From contig OZ316896.1 of the NCBI GenBank assembly GCA_973895155.1, positions 1,302,001 to 1,366,000 of the forward strand: DNA of 64,000 nt. The letters are read 5' to 3'. Numbering within the stretch: the stretch's first letter is position 1; each line of letters starts with the position of its first letter. The position numbers and the translations under genes were made by a program. The notes beneath the pieces are model-generated. The model saw only the letters and a program-made list of their open reading frames with translations. It did not search any database and was not told the origin of the DNA. This stretch comes from Marsupella aquatica. Its lineage: Eukaryota > Plantae > Marchantiophyta. Of the stretch, positions 14,601 through 27,319 are shown piece after piece.

Positions 14601-16319
14601 GATCTCTTTTCTTTCTCCAGTAGTTTCAGCAGACTCTGCATGCCTGGTTGCTGCATCGGCAAGTCCTCCTTCCTTGGCCTAAACACCTGCTCGATCGTAG
14701 GGCTAACAGGTGGTTGAGGCTTCTCTGCTACCGGCCTCGGTGCTGGAGCTTCCTCGGGTGCCCTTACCTGCAGGGGAAGTACTGGGGCAAAAATCTGACC
14801 TCTGGCATACCGGCACAACAGCGGCATGTGATAGCCAAGCCGCGACACGCTCCCCATGCCGATTACCTGCTGCTCCTCCTTTAAGATTTTCTTCAATTGG
14901 TTGAGGAGGTACCCATTGTAGTCCCGGCTTGGGTCTAGCCTCTCTGCCAGATAGACCTGTGTCTTGCTGATCTCTGCCCTTGGCAAGTTACAATGCATGG
15001 TCACCCGCAAGAAGTCGATCATCTCTCCTATGTGCGGGTTGGTGCAGGTGTTCCGGAAGAAGCCATTCTTCGTTGATGGCCCGGGGAACGACCGGAACTC
15101 CTTGTCAGGCAAGGTCTTCCTGGTATCAACTTTGGTCTTATTGCCTATCGGCAAGCCAAATACTTCGGCAATCACTTTGGGAGTAAGATAGAAATCCTTC
15201 CCATATATCCTCGTGCAATTGGTCTCGGGTTCCCATGACCCCACAAATTCTAATAGGTCTGACTCCGGTACCTCCGGCTTCAGCCATGGTAATCTTACAA
15301 AGGCCTCTAAGCCGGATCCGGCCATGAAGCCTTGGTACTTCTTGGTCTGCATGGCCGTAAAGCATGCATCCTCCTCCCGTGCAAAATGTAGTTGCACCTC
15401 CACCGGTAGGGTTGCCGCCCAGCCCTTCCAGGTGTCATCCCTGGTTGGAATGGCCTTGATGGGATCAACCTCCTCCTCTTCGGCTTCTCCCTGCCTCCTG
15501 CTCTGCTGCTCGGCTGGCTTCTTTGGTGCCGCCGACCTCGTTCTTTTTGCCGGGGTGGCTTCATCGTTGACGGCTCCCTTCCTCTTCATCTCTGCTGCCG
15601 TGGAGGTTTCTCCTAGCACCGTTGCCTGGGTCCACCTTTCCGTGCTACCCTTCAATTCCCAGTGTATGTCGTTGCAGTTCTTGATGGCCTCTCGTATGCC
15701 GACGACGCTATCTTTGCAAAACAGAAGATTGTCGAGCTGATTGGAAGTAGGAGTCCACAAGAACTCATCCTTGATGAGTTCGCCTCCTAAGAAAGCCGTC
15801 TTCTGCAGCTCCCACAATCGAGCGAGCTCCTACCGTTCTCGAGCTGCCCTTTCTGATTCCTCGTCCTCGTAAGTCTTGATGTACTGAGTTGCCCGTTCGA
15901 ACAGGCATCCCCAGAAATGTGTTGCTTGATTGACGTTGCTCATACCCTCCTTAGGTCGATCGTCGGTATCTACTCTCTCCCCGAGTGCTTGCCTAAGCAG
16001 CTGTCAGTAGTTGGCCTCCCGTAGTCGTCTGCCTAGTTCGTGCTCACAAATAAGCCACCATCTCCTGCAAGCGCTCCTTACCCCTCTCCTCTTCCGGTCC
16101 TTCCTCCCGTTGATCCTTCCTAGCCGCCGATGCTTAACGCGCCCTAACCCTAATCGAGTTTTCACCCCCAGCGTCCTTACCTCCGGCCTCGGCCCGGGTT
16201 CCATAGTCGCCCCTAATTGTTTATATTTTCCTTGTTTTGTCCCTATACTAAGGTGTTTCTAGGGTGCATTCCTGCTTTACCCACTTCACTGGCCGAGTGA
16301 TTCCTGGCTAGGCATCACA
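11656..16319 (-). mobile_element. 4,664-bp insertion with 5-bp target-site duplication (GTCAC) and imperfect short inverted termini; non-autonomous element or giant solo LTR
   Basis: GTCAC occurs at 11651-11655 and 16320-16324. The ends TCTGGTGCG...GGCATCACA match 6/9 as an inverted repeat. Removing the insertion rejoins the RT frame in phase (SLSDVTHIIGP...LGLRVQPVKSRAW). Confidence 0.85.
12570..16204 (-). pseudogene. Decayed ~1,200-codon ORF of the inserted element: plant retrotransposon accessory-protein-like domain followed by long coiled coils
   Basis: ORFs 16204-16004 and 15817-13460 are in one frame, separated by TGA and TAG stops. ORF 13439-12570 is joined by a single-base frameshift near 13475. 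'LLEFVGSW..TRIYGKDFYLTPKVIAEVFGLP' resembles Athila-ORF/plant-mobile-domain-like proteins (by eye). E/K/L-rich heptad regions follow. Confidence 0.65.
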
Positions 16320-19300
16320 GTCACCCACATCATTGGTCCACATGTTGCTGTTACTTCTGCCCTCGCCACCCTTTCCACCCATTTTTTGGGCCTCGGTTTA
16401 CGGGTTCAGCCGGTGAAGAGTCGTGCATGGAGTCCAGCTGGGTTACCCTCTGATCTTGCGCTTCCCCCTGGGTTCTTACGTCCAGCCGACGGTCTTCGGG
16501 TCCTTGGCTCCCCAGTCGGTACCGCCTCCTTTTGCTCATCTTTCATTGCTAACGCTCTTCAGGCTGCCTTAGCCCCTACTCCTATGCTCCCTAAGTTAGC
16601 AGACTCTCAGGCAGCATTTGGGTTGTTGTTGAGATGCATCCACCCTCGTGCGTCCTATTTGGCTCGGACACATCCCCCTACCGAGGATCTTTATCTACAC
16701 CTCCGAGCGTTTGATGTCTCCATTCGTGAGACTTTGCCCTCTCTTTTAGGGCCAGGTACTTTGCTCTCATCTCCGTGGCTTCATCGACAGCTCAGTCTTC
16801 TTATTTCTCACGGTGGTTTTGAGCTTATTTCCACTGAGCGCCTTGCACCTTTGGCCTTCTTGGGCGCGTGGGCGGCCGCCTTCTCATTGTTGGCAGATCG
16901 TTTCCTTACTAAGGATCGACCTTTTTTAGTTTCGTCTCTCATGGAGGTCGAGGAGGGTTCTCTCCCATTTCAGGTTCATTTGCGCATGGCGCGGTCATCA
17001 TTACCCGATCTTGTTCGAGCTGCGTTACCTTCATTCCAAGAGTTTTTATCCTTGGACCCCGTTTGTCTTCAGGCAGACCTTGTTGGGCGTATGCACGCTT
17101 TCACCCTCTCCAGCATCCTCACCGAGGCACCTGACACGGACCGAGCTTGGATTCTTTCTTCCAGAGGGAAGGGCGCAGGAGGCTGGTTTCAGGCCAATCC
17201 AATCATTCCTCACCTGCGGATGTCTTCAGCGGAGTTTGCGATAGCCATGCGTCTTCGTATGGGCTTGCCCCACCCACTTCTTGCTGGTTTACCTCCTACT
17301 TGCACTTGTGGGAAGCCTTGTGATGCCACAGGTGTCCATCTTCTTCGATGCAGTTTGGGCGGCGAAACCATTTTTATTCACGACGTTGTGATAGATGCGA
17401 CTGCTCAAGTTCTCTCTGGCTCTTTGGTCTGCGCGCGGCGGGAGGTGGTGCTCGAGTTACCTGGTCCTCCATCACAGCGGTTACGGGTGGATCTTACCAT
17501 GGTCTATGAAGGTCATCGTACTTTGGCAGATGTAGTGGTGGCAAACCCATTGCGCCAAGACATCATTGGGACATCGGCAACAACGGCAGGGGCAGCAGCA
17601 TCACGAGCAGCAACAACGAAGGAGGCCAAATATGCTGCACGAGCTTCATCAGATAGCTTCCTGCCTCTTGCTCTTGAGATATTTGGGCGTCTCCATCATC
17701 AGTTTGACGGGCTTCTTCGCCAAGCTGCTCGGGATGTTCACGGCCGGATGGGTCCCACGCTATCTGTTTTGACCATGCACTTTCGCCAACGCATTTCAGT
17801 CACCTTACAGCGTGCTCAAGCTCGGGCTGTCTATCGTCGATCTCTGACAGTGGGTGCTAGTGTGCCTCCCCAGCGGCTAGCCCCCCTAGAGGACATTCCT
17901 GTTCCACTTGCCGATCTAATTTTGACACTTGATGTAGACCACTAGCTTGTTGCCACATTTGCTAGGTATGATGAGGACCTCGGTCCATTTGCGGTAGTTT
18001 TAGTTCCTCTTTCTTGGTTTTTAGGGGTTTCCTTTTGCTCACTTCTTTTAGTTCCTCTTTCTTGGTTTTTAGGGTTTCCTTTTGCTCACTTCTTTTGCGT
18101 TTGGTTTTGTCCACTTGGGACCTCTCTTGTTTATTCTTTTGTACTCTATTTGGCCTTTTTCTGTAAAAAGTATGTGTATATTTTGTATTCAGGGATTGAA
18201 AGGCTTGAATGGACTAACTCATTCCACATAAATTCTTTTGAAGATATGAGCACAATCCTTAAGAAAGTTGTACTGTAAATGCTAGCTCATGCATTTGGGT
18301 GAACAAAATGAACCAATAGAAGCTAAAAAGTGAAACTGAAATCACACTGGACCACATTTTGGTGGGACCCATAACTTGATAATTGTGAATTCTATAATAA
18401 TTTTTGATTTGCATCTGCAAGGGTAATAGAGAAGGTGGCCATATGGAAAAACACACAAACCCAGATATTTCATATTAACACTATGCAAATTATTTTAGTG
18501 GAATAAACTCCTCCACAATTTGAGATGAAAAACTCACTTTGATAGTAGTGTAGCTTACCTACTCCTCTAGCATATCCAGAAACTATATAGAGTATTTGAA
18601 TTTATGAATATCTATATATTTGAATTAAACCCAGATTTAGGAAATGTGGTCCATGGGGGTTTCAAAGACCAACCCTGTGGTCCATTAGGGCTTCAAATTC
18701 CTAAAAAACAGGTAATAATATGAAATCTAAGGTGATCATAAATGAAAATATTAATATGATTTTTGCTCCTGGATTTATCTGGACTGTGTTTATTTAATTT
18801 TGGACTCCTGATCCAGAACTCGAATGTAGAGTGACATGGTCAAACATTTTTCAATTCATTGGTTGCCAAGCTTGGAAGAAGTTTCTTTATGGGCCTTTCC
18901 AGCGGTTTAGTGTTTTCTGTAATAGGCCATAGTGAAGCCAAAGAGAAAGTTCTACAGTAGTGATTAAGCTAGTGTTGTCTGTAATAGGCCATAGTGAGAC
19001 CAAAGAGAAGTTCTACAGTAGTGATTAAGCCATAGAAACACATACTCAGCAAGTTCAATACATTCCCCGTTCCATTCAAAAGGCCGTCTACACTAATTTC
19101 CATCATCAGCCCAATGTAGAGCCCAGTGCAGTGCCGTCCTGGAACGACAGGATGGCGAAGAAGGGGGATTGAGTGAATCCGAACATCTGGCAACATCTGC
19201 AACGAGCTTTAGTTCTTCCCCAAGCTCAGCGTTCAGCTCACAGACTGCTAATCTCTCTGAAAAGCTGACAACTGGGGCACGCCGTGCAGATCAGCTGAGA

Positions 19301-20641
19301 AGGGCGGCGATTCTGGATGGAGCAGGTGCGAGTCTACGTCATAGCTGTAGATGGTATGCTAGGGATGTTTCCTATGGGCACTCATTTGACGTTGCGTGAG
19401 AGTTTGGTTGGGACGCAGATACAATCAGGACTGTGAGTTGATTTGCGAAAAAGTGAGACCACGAGAAGTGATGTGGGGCGTGTTGAATGATCTACGGGAG
19501 TGTTTCATGTTGTCATATGCATTTGAGTGCGAAAGCGGTCTTACGGTGGAACCTGTCACTTCCCAAGATTGCCTTTAAACTACACTGCGAAACCTACCTA
19601 CGAGCCCTATCGCTACCCAATAAGGTTTGAATTTGGATCCTAAGCTGAAGTCTACTGTACCTCGTGGAATAGAACTTCTGGTCCAAGACACGTCAGGTTG
19701 AACACAGGCCTTTCCGATTGGAAAGCTGGGTGGTAGTAATCCTCCAGATTAGCAGTAAGGGCTTCCTTGCGAACAAGTATAACCTCTCGTCTTGCGTCAT
19801 GGAACGGATTTCTCTAGATAAAGAGACATGAGGTTTTTCAGCCATGTGAAAATTGGCCCTTCTCTCAGAATCCGCACACCTGAGATGAATCCGGAGTTCA
19901 GGTAGAATCTTGGCCCAAAATTCACTCCTCTGATGTTCAAGAGCAAATTAATGGGTTTCCTTCGTAACCTTGCTAACATCCCGCGAGCACACGAATCGAC
20001 GTCTAGACATTGTCCGTAAACAAGCCCGTCAATTTTTTTGTAATCCCCCAACCAGTTCATTCAGTGGAACACAAATGACAGTCACAGATCTTGGTGAAAA
20101 GATCTAAAACTCCCCAAAAAATCATTAGACTACAAGAATATTGATCTCCAACTAAAATGCTAGACTTAGAAATCTGTGAGCTATTCTTAAGTGAAGAAAA
20201 GGAGAAGCTGCTATCAGCCTTGTATCGTGTGCATACAGAACGAAAATGTCCTTGCAGAAGTAATGGACCCCCTAAACTCACTATAAACTACCTGGACATA
20301 CTCCACTGTGGGCAAGAAAAACTACACAAACTTCGCGATCTCCGGTTCTCGACCACAAGATATAAGACTTGAACCCCTTAGGAACCATGACTGTGAGAGA
20401 TCGACAACATAAAACCCTCCAGCCGTGAAATATTAATATCATTTCTCTGCCAGCATAAAGGCTGCAAATACCCTTCTGAAGACGCATCATCCCAAAAGAC
20501 TAAGGACAATTTGATAGACAAGGTCCCGAGTATCTCAGTGACAACCGCAACCATCCTCCCACCGTTGCCGAAGACCTACACGAGCTCAATAAGTGCACCT
20601 AGCGGACAATATCCAATTGAAGATTAAACTCAAGAATTTCT

Positions 20642-22938
20642 TTAAACTATTTGTGCAGCTGTGTTCAGCTTTTCGGCCAAAGTGAGCTGTGTCCTAGTCA
20701 AATTTGCCAAATATAACACCAGAAGCACATCCTGCACATTTCCCAAAAGGAAGCAAAGTGTTAGCACACCTCCCAAGTGTCATAATGTACATGTAGCAGC
20801 CCTGATGATAGCAGAATCCTCTGCTTTGAAAACTACCTGGATGAGAAAACTCAGCAAGCCATGAAACAATTGCTGATCATTTTAGAAAAGCGCTACATTA
20901 CCTGCACACTGTCATTAAAAAGTTTGTCGAAGGCATCTGGAGCAATCTTTGGCACTACTGCCATTGTGTCAGTTAGATATCGGCCTATTGTATTGTCTGG
21001 GGGAATACGACCTTGCTGCCATCCAAGAAGATTCATAGGGTATCAGCAAGAGCAAGATGAATCTCACTGAGAAAACCAAACCAAACTCCTGACCACACTG
21101 AACTTGAGAACAATGAATTATGGACCACATACCACCACATCATCGACATATCTGGAGACTGTATCAATCATCGCGTGCAACCTTTGAATGGTTCCTTCCA
21201 AGCCTTCCAAGTCATTGGGAAGTTTATCGACCACAGTTTTTTTCAATACGTCAACTGCACCAGATCACAACTTCCGATTAATAACTCAAAACAACTAGCT
21301 TGAATGATCTCAAGAAATTGGTCGATGAGCAACACCACCATCTTGGGGGCTCCTCAGAAACTTTGTAACGAAGACACATATCACCGCCTACACATGTTTG
21401 TGACTTGCAACGTACAGCCAATTCTCTCGGCCTCAATGAGACGTAAATCGAGTTGAACCTCGTGAAATTGAGCAGCCAGCTGTCGGTCACCCAGGGTTAG
21501 ATTGGTCGAGACATAAGCTTTAATACAGGCCTTTTCATCGGAGAATGTTGTGTCAACTGTGAGATGCACAGGATTGGTAGCTTCACGCGCATAGAAGTCT
21601 TGGATAAGGGCATCACTGCCACTCACTCCAGCACCTGTGGAGTACCTGAGATTTAATAGGAAAAAATGAGCTTCTCCTTGAGCTCTGAGGACCTACTACC
21701 TTACCAGCAAGAGCGTGACTGCATCCGCAAGGAACCGCGTGGGTAGCTTGAACCCAAAGGCATACAAATGACCAATAAAACAATCGTTTTCGGGTACTTT
21801 CTTATACACGTTAAATTCAATCCCCACAGAAAGTAAGAAACACTGGTATGCAAAATCGTACATCATTGCTGGGACATAATTGAGCCATGACATCCCAGCG
21901 AGGTAATGGATGAGGTAAGGAGATACTGACATACCATCCGACTATAACTTCTTTCGCATTTACACGCTGATGAAGATCGAACATATTCCGATGGTAATCG
22001 ATATCCACTGCCACCTGTGGATTCCACACCAACATTTACACGCCCGGATTAGTACAATGTAAAAGAACGGTCCTGGTAGAAAGAGGCCGCTCGAATTCGA
22101 GACAGAGGAGGTCCACGAATACTTCTAAAGCCCAGCACAGACGGTATTTCGGGATCTAAGGGCGAGTTACAACCAATTCTCAATACGGCATTCAGAAACC
22201 ATCCCTGAATATTCGCCTCCTCAGTAAGTCAATACTCAGAGAACTAGCACAGAACAGGGCACTAGGGTTCATAGCCAATAAAATAATTCGATCACTACTC
22301 TGGCTCTAAACAATTGTACAGAAACAAACTGGCCAACATCACATTCGTCTACGAGTCAGGTGGATTTGATAGAACAAGGCACTAGGATATCAAATTCAAT
22401 GACCATTACTATGGCCAAACATCGCATGTAAGTGCAAATCAAGTAGCTGTGATGCACGGAGACTTCGCAGAGCCATGACACGACAGAAACAAATTTTAAA
22501 AGAGGGCGCTACAGAAAGTGCAACGAGCTGAAATCAAAACCCTAAACATCGGTGGCCATTCTGTAGCACAGCTCCGGCACACACAAAACATGAAATCGTG
22601 TCCCAGCAAACCATGCTCAAGAAAAAAGATTACAATGAGACAGGCAGGACTAGAATTGCCCGACAAAAGCCCCACAGAAAAGACCTAAATGGAAGGGAAC
22701 AAGGGGTTTTAGCAAGAACCTGCTCCGAGGACTCGTTGTGAGGGACGGCATAGGAGTTGCGGATGTCCACAGTGCCATCGGAAGACACTGAGCCCAATAG
22801 AGTTCCGATGACCCGCTCCTGCTGATCGTTCCGCCGAATGTAGGAGTCACAGATATTGAACAGCACTGTCGGGTGGAGCTTTCCCACCACTCCCGTCGGC
22901 CCCGAGGGCATGTGCAGCACCGTGTTTCCTCCTGCCAT
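20642..22938 (-). CDS. eIF3f: Eukaryotic translation initiation factor 3 subunit F (MPN domain), about 6 exons
   Basis: 'LHPTVLFNICDSYIRR..QERVIGTLLG..IRNSYAVPHNESSEQ', 'VAVDIDYHRNM..VNAKEVIVGW', 'NPVHLTVDT..IKAYVS' and last exon 'DVLLVLYLANLTRTQLTLAEKLNTAAQIV*'. Confidence 0.93.
22537..22545 (+). promoter_or_regulatory. Telo-box-like motif AAACCCTAA in eIF3f intron 1
   Basis: Exact motif. Telo-boxes are known near plant translation and ribosome genes, but a 9-mer can occur by chance. Confidence 0.3.
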
Positions 22939-23689
22939 GCTTCAGGCTCTTCTCTCCCTTCAAGCTCTGGCGTCGATGGATCTCGCTCAGCCAACAAACC
23001 CGCCACTGCTTTGTGTCCTCCTCACTCACTCAATGGAGAATCCAAGAAATCTGAAAAACCTCTCAACCCAACTTCCTAGCCAACCCAAAAAACAGTCTCA
23101 ATTTCTTAATGATTGAAAGAAAAACTCACAAAACGTTCTCACAAGTTGAGAGAATACCTCTAAAGTTTACAAAAATGCCCTCCTAATTCACTGGAATGCA
23201 AGTGTTCCCGATGCCACCACCATTGTGCACTGCTGCTGAAAGTAATAATGGAAAATGCATAGCTATGCAATGTGCATTATCATCCACAATAAAGTACAAT
23301 ACAATATAGGCTATGATCTCTTGCACGTCAGCAGTGAGGCTGCCCTGAGAAACACGGAACACCTTTGTCTAGTTGAGACATTGGAGGCCTATTTTTGTGA
23401 ATTTAGGTCAAGTTGTAAATTAGGTTCAGGCATTCAATACTGTTAGTAAGGCCCAGGCTGCTAGTTTCAAGGTCTCCAGTGACCCTCCTCTGTGGTTTAC
23501 TTGATAACTCCACCAGGCTTTTGGCTTTGTTGCTCCATAAGGCTTTAGTAATTTAATTTTGTTGTTTTTGGTGACTCTCTCAATTTTGGGCTCTTTGGTC
23601 TTCCTGGGTTTTTCCCTTCTTTTCTTCCCTTTATTGAGTTAGTGTCTCCCTCTATCAAAGTTTTTGTTTCTAAGGCAGCCTTATCTTAC

Positions 23690-24110
23690 CTATAAAATGC
23701 CAACTACAAGCTAGAGTTGGGGCCTAAGCCCCTGCACCATAATTCCATGGCCCACCATGTGAATGGAAAACTCATGATTATGATCTATGTTAAATGATAA
23801 TCATACATGTTTTTTATCATAATTTTTATTAACATTCAAAAAATGGGCTCTATTGTCCAAAACAGTCCCTCTTTGGGTGCAGCCCGTGCTCCCCAATGTA
23901 CAGACTATCCATCACCAGCTGACCGTCATGTCTTTGGACATGCTCATGGCCCAAATAGCGTAGCTTGTCCTAAAATGTTGGGACCATAATGGCCAGGCCC
24001 CACCATAACATATGCGCATAGAAAGAGAGATCTGCATAGAAAGCATGGAAATGAAGATGATATGTTACATACAATTATTAAAATGATGACATGCGTGATG
24101 TTCCCTTTAA
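23690..24110. repeat. Dispersed repeat, copy 1 (probable non-autonomous transposon remnant)
   Basis: Shares collinear blocks with 48300-48540: ACAAGCTAGAGTTGG, TCCATGGCCCA, GGAAAACTCATG, ACATTCAAAAAATGGGCTCTAT, CACCATAACATATG.GCATAGAAAGAG. Confidence 0.75.
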
Positions 24111-24792
24111 TTTATTGGAGGGAAACAAAATACATGGTTAATTTGTAACTTAGGCTAAATATTGGGAGTAATGTTCGTTCCTCATTATTGAGTGTACCCA
24201 GTTGAAAAGCAGCATCAAGGTCTCATCGTGGGCACGATACAATTACTCCTCTCACTCTTAGTTAACGCTCACTTCCAGATTCCTCTGTAGCTCACTAGCT
24301 CGTCGTCTGCCTCACCAGTAAGTTGCTGCAATTCAACCATCTCCTTTCCTTCCTTCCTGCATTGATTGTGGTGTGCAAGGCGGCCCCTCCAAAGAAACCC
24401 ATAGACCCGTACAATGAGATTGTCGTGAGTTCTTCTCTCCCTCAGCTGCTTGGTGGTACCCAATCGTGGATGGTCCCAACTTACTGCTCAATGCTCTACT
24501 GAAGCTCGTCTTTTGAAGTCTCCAATTGTGTGCTTCATCGACGGAAATCGAGGTTGATAGACAGGATTCGTAAAGGGACGCTGGTTCGTAAAGTCTTAGG
24601 GTTTTCCGTGTTAAGACTGATTGGATCTGCATGAGTTTTCGTTCCTGCCTGACCTGCTCTACGATGGACGCAGAGCAGCCTCAAGACGGATGATCAGTGG
24701 TTTGGTGGTGGTCAGCGGATGAATGGTTTTAATTCCACGGTATTGTTCAGCGGTGGTGGTGGTGGTGTGAGGGAGAGCTAAACTGTGGGGGA

Positions 24793-26171
24793 ATGACGGA
24801 AATAGCAGCGGCCGCGGCCGCTTACGTTGATGAGATGCTGGATTTGTTCGAAAATGTCACTAACAATATGCGCGAGCAATGGAAGGAAATGTCAGGGGAG
24901 GGGAGCATTTTTGACACTATCCTCGCCTTTGTTCATGCTGTTGATTGGACGGTAGGGCGGTTTTTCTCTTCCTTTCTTTTATTGGCCTCACTCTGATCAT
25001 TTTGTTGAGTGTTATGAATCATTTTGTTGAGTGAGTTGCGATCGAGTGAGTTGTTGAAGAATTTCCGATTGGGAAGCTACCCTATGATAGGTGTTTGAAG
25101 GATTGTATTTTTCCTAGTTTTCTTTATGGCAAAGTCTTCTTCTTGCTGAATCTTAGAGGGAGTAGTCGGCAACACTTACCTGTGTCGAGGATTTCGATCG
25201 AGACTGGATTGCACTGTCCACGTGGGCTGGAGAGTGGAGAGGAGGGCATGCCGGAATCTGTCTTGAATTGTGAATTATTAGTGAGTGCAGGAACCGTGGT
25301 TGATTGGACTCATGTGCCTCCACGTTGGACTACTCGGCTTGGCCGTCTTCACTAGAAAGAATAATACGTCTCAGATGACACTCTTCTTTTTTGGCCGTGA
25401 GTATTAGCATATTCCTTCATTTCTAAGTTTTGTCCTGGTTTTTTTAGCCGGGTGCTGAGGATTTCAATTTTGAAAATGAGTTGATGTCTCAGTATCCTCA
25501 TTCTAGAACCATTCTTGTCTTGAAGAACTGTGTAAGCACCTTCAATTTCCTCACCCATGTTGTCCTCTAATCCACGAAGAAGCAACGTGAGTTACTTGTC
25601 TACAGTAGGTACCACTTCCAACTGAACCTAGAATGATGGAATCGTCGTGAACTTGTTCGGAATCGGGGCAAGCAGTTGTTATACGAGGGGGACCGTGCCT
25701 TGGCGAGGATTTATATTCTGGGATTTGGACTAGGTTTGGAACTAGCTACAAAATTATGCTTTCTAACTATCTCTAGTGTCTCCAGTTATTGGTGTGTACT
25801 TTGCAGAGAGGCTAAATACCGTTCTCGATCGTCATTGGAAAAGCTTTGCTCGGCAACCGTATTTTGATCGGCATGGAGTGTTTCTTTCAACAGTATGGTC
25901 GGTCCCCATATTACTCATGACTACACTGATTTTGGTACGTCATCCTCTGGTTGCTCTAAGCCCTCGTACGTTCCTAGAGATCTTGAATTGTAGAAAACTT
26001 GTCGATGTGCTTTCAAATAATTCGGAATTCTGCAGATTCCACTGAATTCTAACTCTGGCAAGTTTGGAATGACAGGTTAATAGCCTCATGACTTTGACAC
26101 AGCTACTCGTCAAATGGAAAAGGGCAGAGCTTAAGCATCGAGCTCGTATGGGCAGAGAGAAGTCTGATTAG
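24793..26171 (+). CDS. TMEM18: Transmembrane protein 18 homolog, 4 exons
   Basis: 'FVHAVDWT|EPWLIGL..H', 'GVYFAERLN..HWKSFARQPYFDRHGVFLSTVWSVPILL' and 'LLVKWKRAELKHRAR'; GT-AG introns. Confidence 0.9.
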
Positions 26172-27319
26172 GAGTCGGATAGATTCTACTACAGTTCGCA
26201 GTGCGTAGAGTAGATTATCTCACAACATCACTATGGGGAGAGAAAATTGTCAAATGTAGGTATAATGTACGACTTCCGGCGTGCAACTTCAAGCTTTATT
26301 AGTATTTGGCCGTTTGTCTCGCTATGAGAAAGTGGTATTTAAGTTAAAGCTGAGTTTGTTTTGCTTTCGAGTATACTGTCACATTTTTTGTCTCACTTTG
26401 TTTTCGACAGAGTTCATTAGTATGGATTTTGGAAGAAAAGTTGGCATTACATTGGAGCTTAATACTGATTACTGAGCGGAGTATGTTCCATCTTGTTTGG
26501 TAACGAGATGGCAGTAGCTATGGAGTTCTTCAGCCTTCTAAAGGACACTACCAAGAAACGCCCTTGCACCGTATTGACAAAGTTAGGATTGTAGAAAGTT
26601 GGGGCTGCAAAGCTGATGGGTGACAAATGACAAAGTAAAGAATCTTGGGTAACAATAGCTTGGAAGCTGCGCATGACCGTTGGGAATTCATACACAACAT
26701 TGTTGAAACCGGTCTGATGGTCGTCGGAACAAACCTGGGGTTATACGACTGACAAGTCTCACGATAAGCGTCGCGTATAATGGAGCTTGGCTCAAGGAAC
26801 TCAATCTGCATCAAAGACGAGCTACCCGAAAGTTTACCAAGGAAAATATCTTGAAAATATATATCTTTCCAAAATGCGTATTCAGTTACCAAGAGATACC
26901 CGCAAGTATACCAAGTAAACTATCTTGGAAATACACATCTTTCCCCAAGTGCCTATTTAGTTACTTTAGGAGAACTAAATCACGATTTCTGCAAAGTGCT
27001 ACAATAAAAGTGCTCGTGGCTGGTACTCTAATAACCAGGTGATGAACTGTGCACAGGTTTACTATTTTGAGGGATGGAGACAATAAAAGTGCTCATGGCT
27101 GGTACCCGAATAACCAGGTGATGAACTGTGGACAGGGTTTCCTATTATTCTGAGGGATGGGGGGGATACATGAGATTGAAGACTTTAACAGATCGTTTGC
27201 AAATTAAATAAATACTTGTGTGAAAAGAGGCTTAAGGAGATCTTTTCTCCAATGTGAGGAGCCCTCGTGATCTTCACAGTAAAAAGCTGTCTTTGCTTTT
27301 ATCGTTACTTTAGTATATT

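Larger units (their letters stand above)
9973..17945 (+). mobile_element. Decayed CRE-like non-LTR retrotransposon (RT plus C-terminal CCHC and restriction-like endonuclease), interrupted by an insertion at 11656-16319; true element ends not defined
   Basis: RT motifs 'RLLAMAK..GVWPIAIG', 'QFGVG', 'LQVDVSNAFNTVSR' and 'GTRQGDPLGGPLF'. C-terminal 'CTCGKPCDATGVHLLRC' and 'RVDL..ADVVV..KEAKY..FLPLALEIFG'. N-terminal 'CPECG..HHRG..C'. Contains several in-frame TAG stops and a frameshift near 11227. Confidence 0.85.

Noticed and set aside
12808-15740. Plus-strand ORFs of 60-177 aa within the insertion
   Set aside because: Antisense shadows of the large minus-strand ORF.
18909-19600. Possible small gene (ORFs 18969-19202 and 19169-19399)
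   Set aside because: No recognisable homology or splice structure; partly a ~60-bp local duplication.
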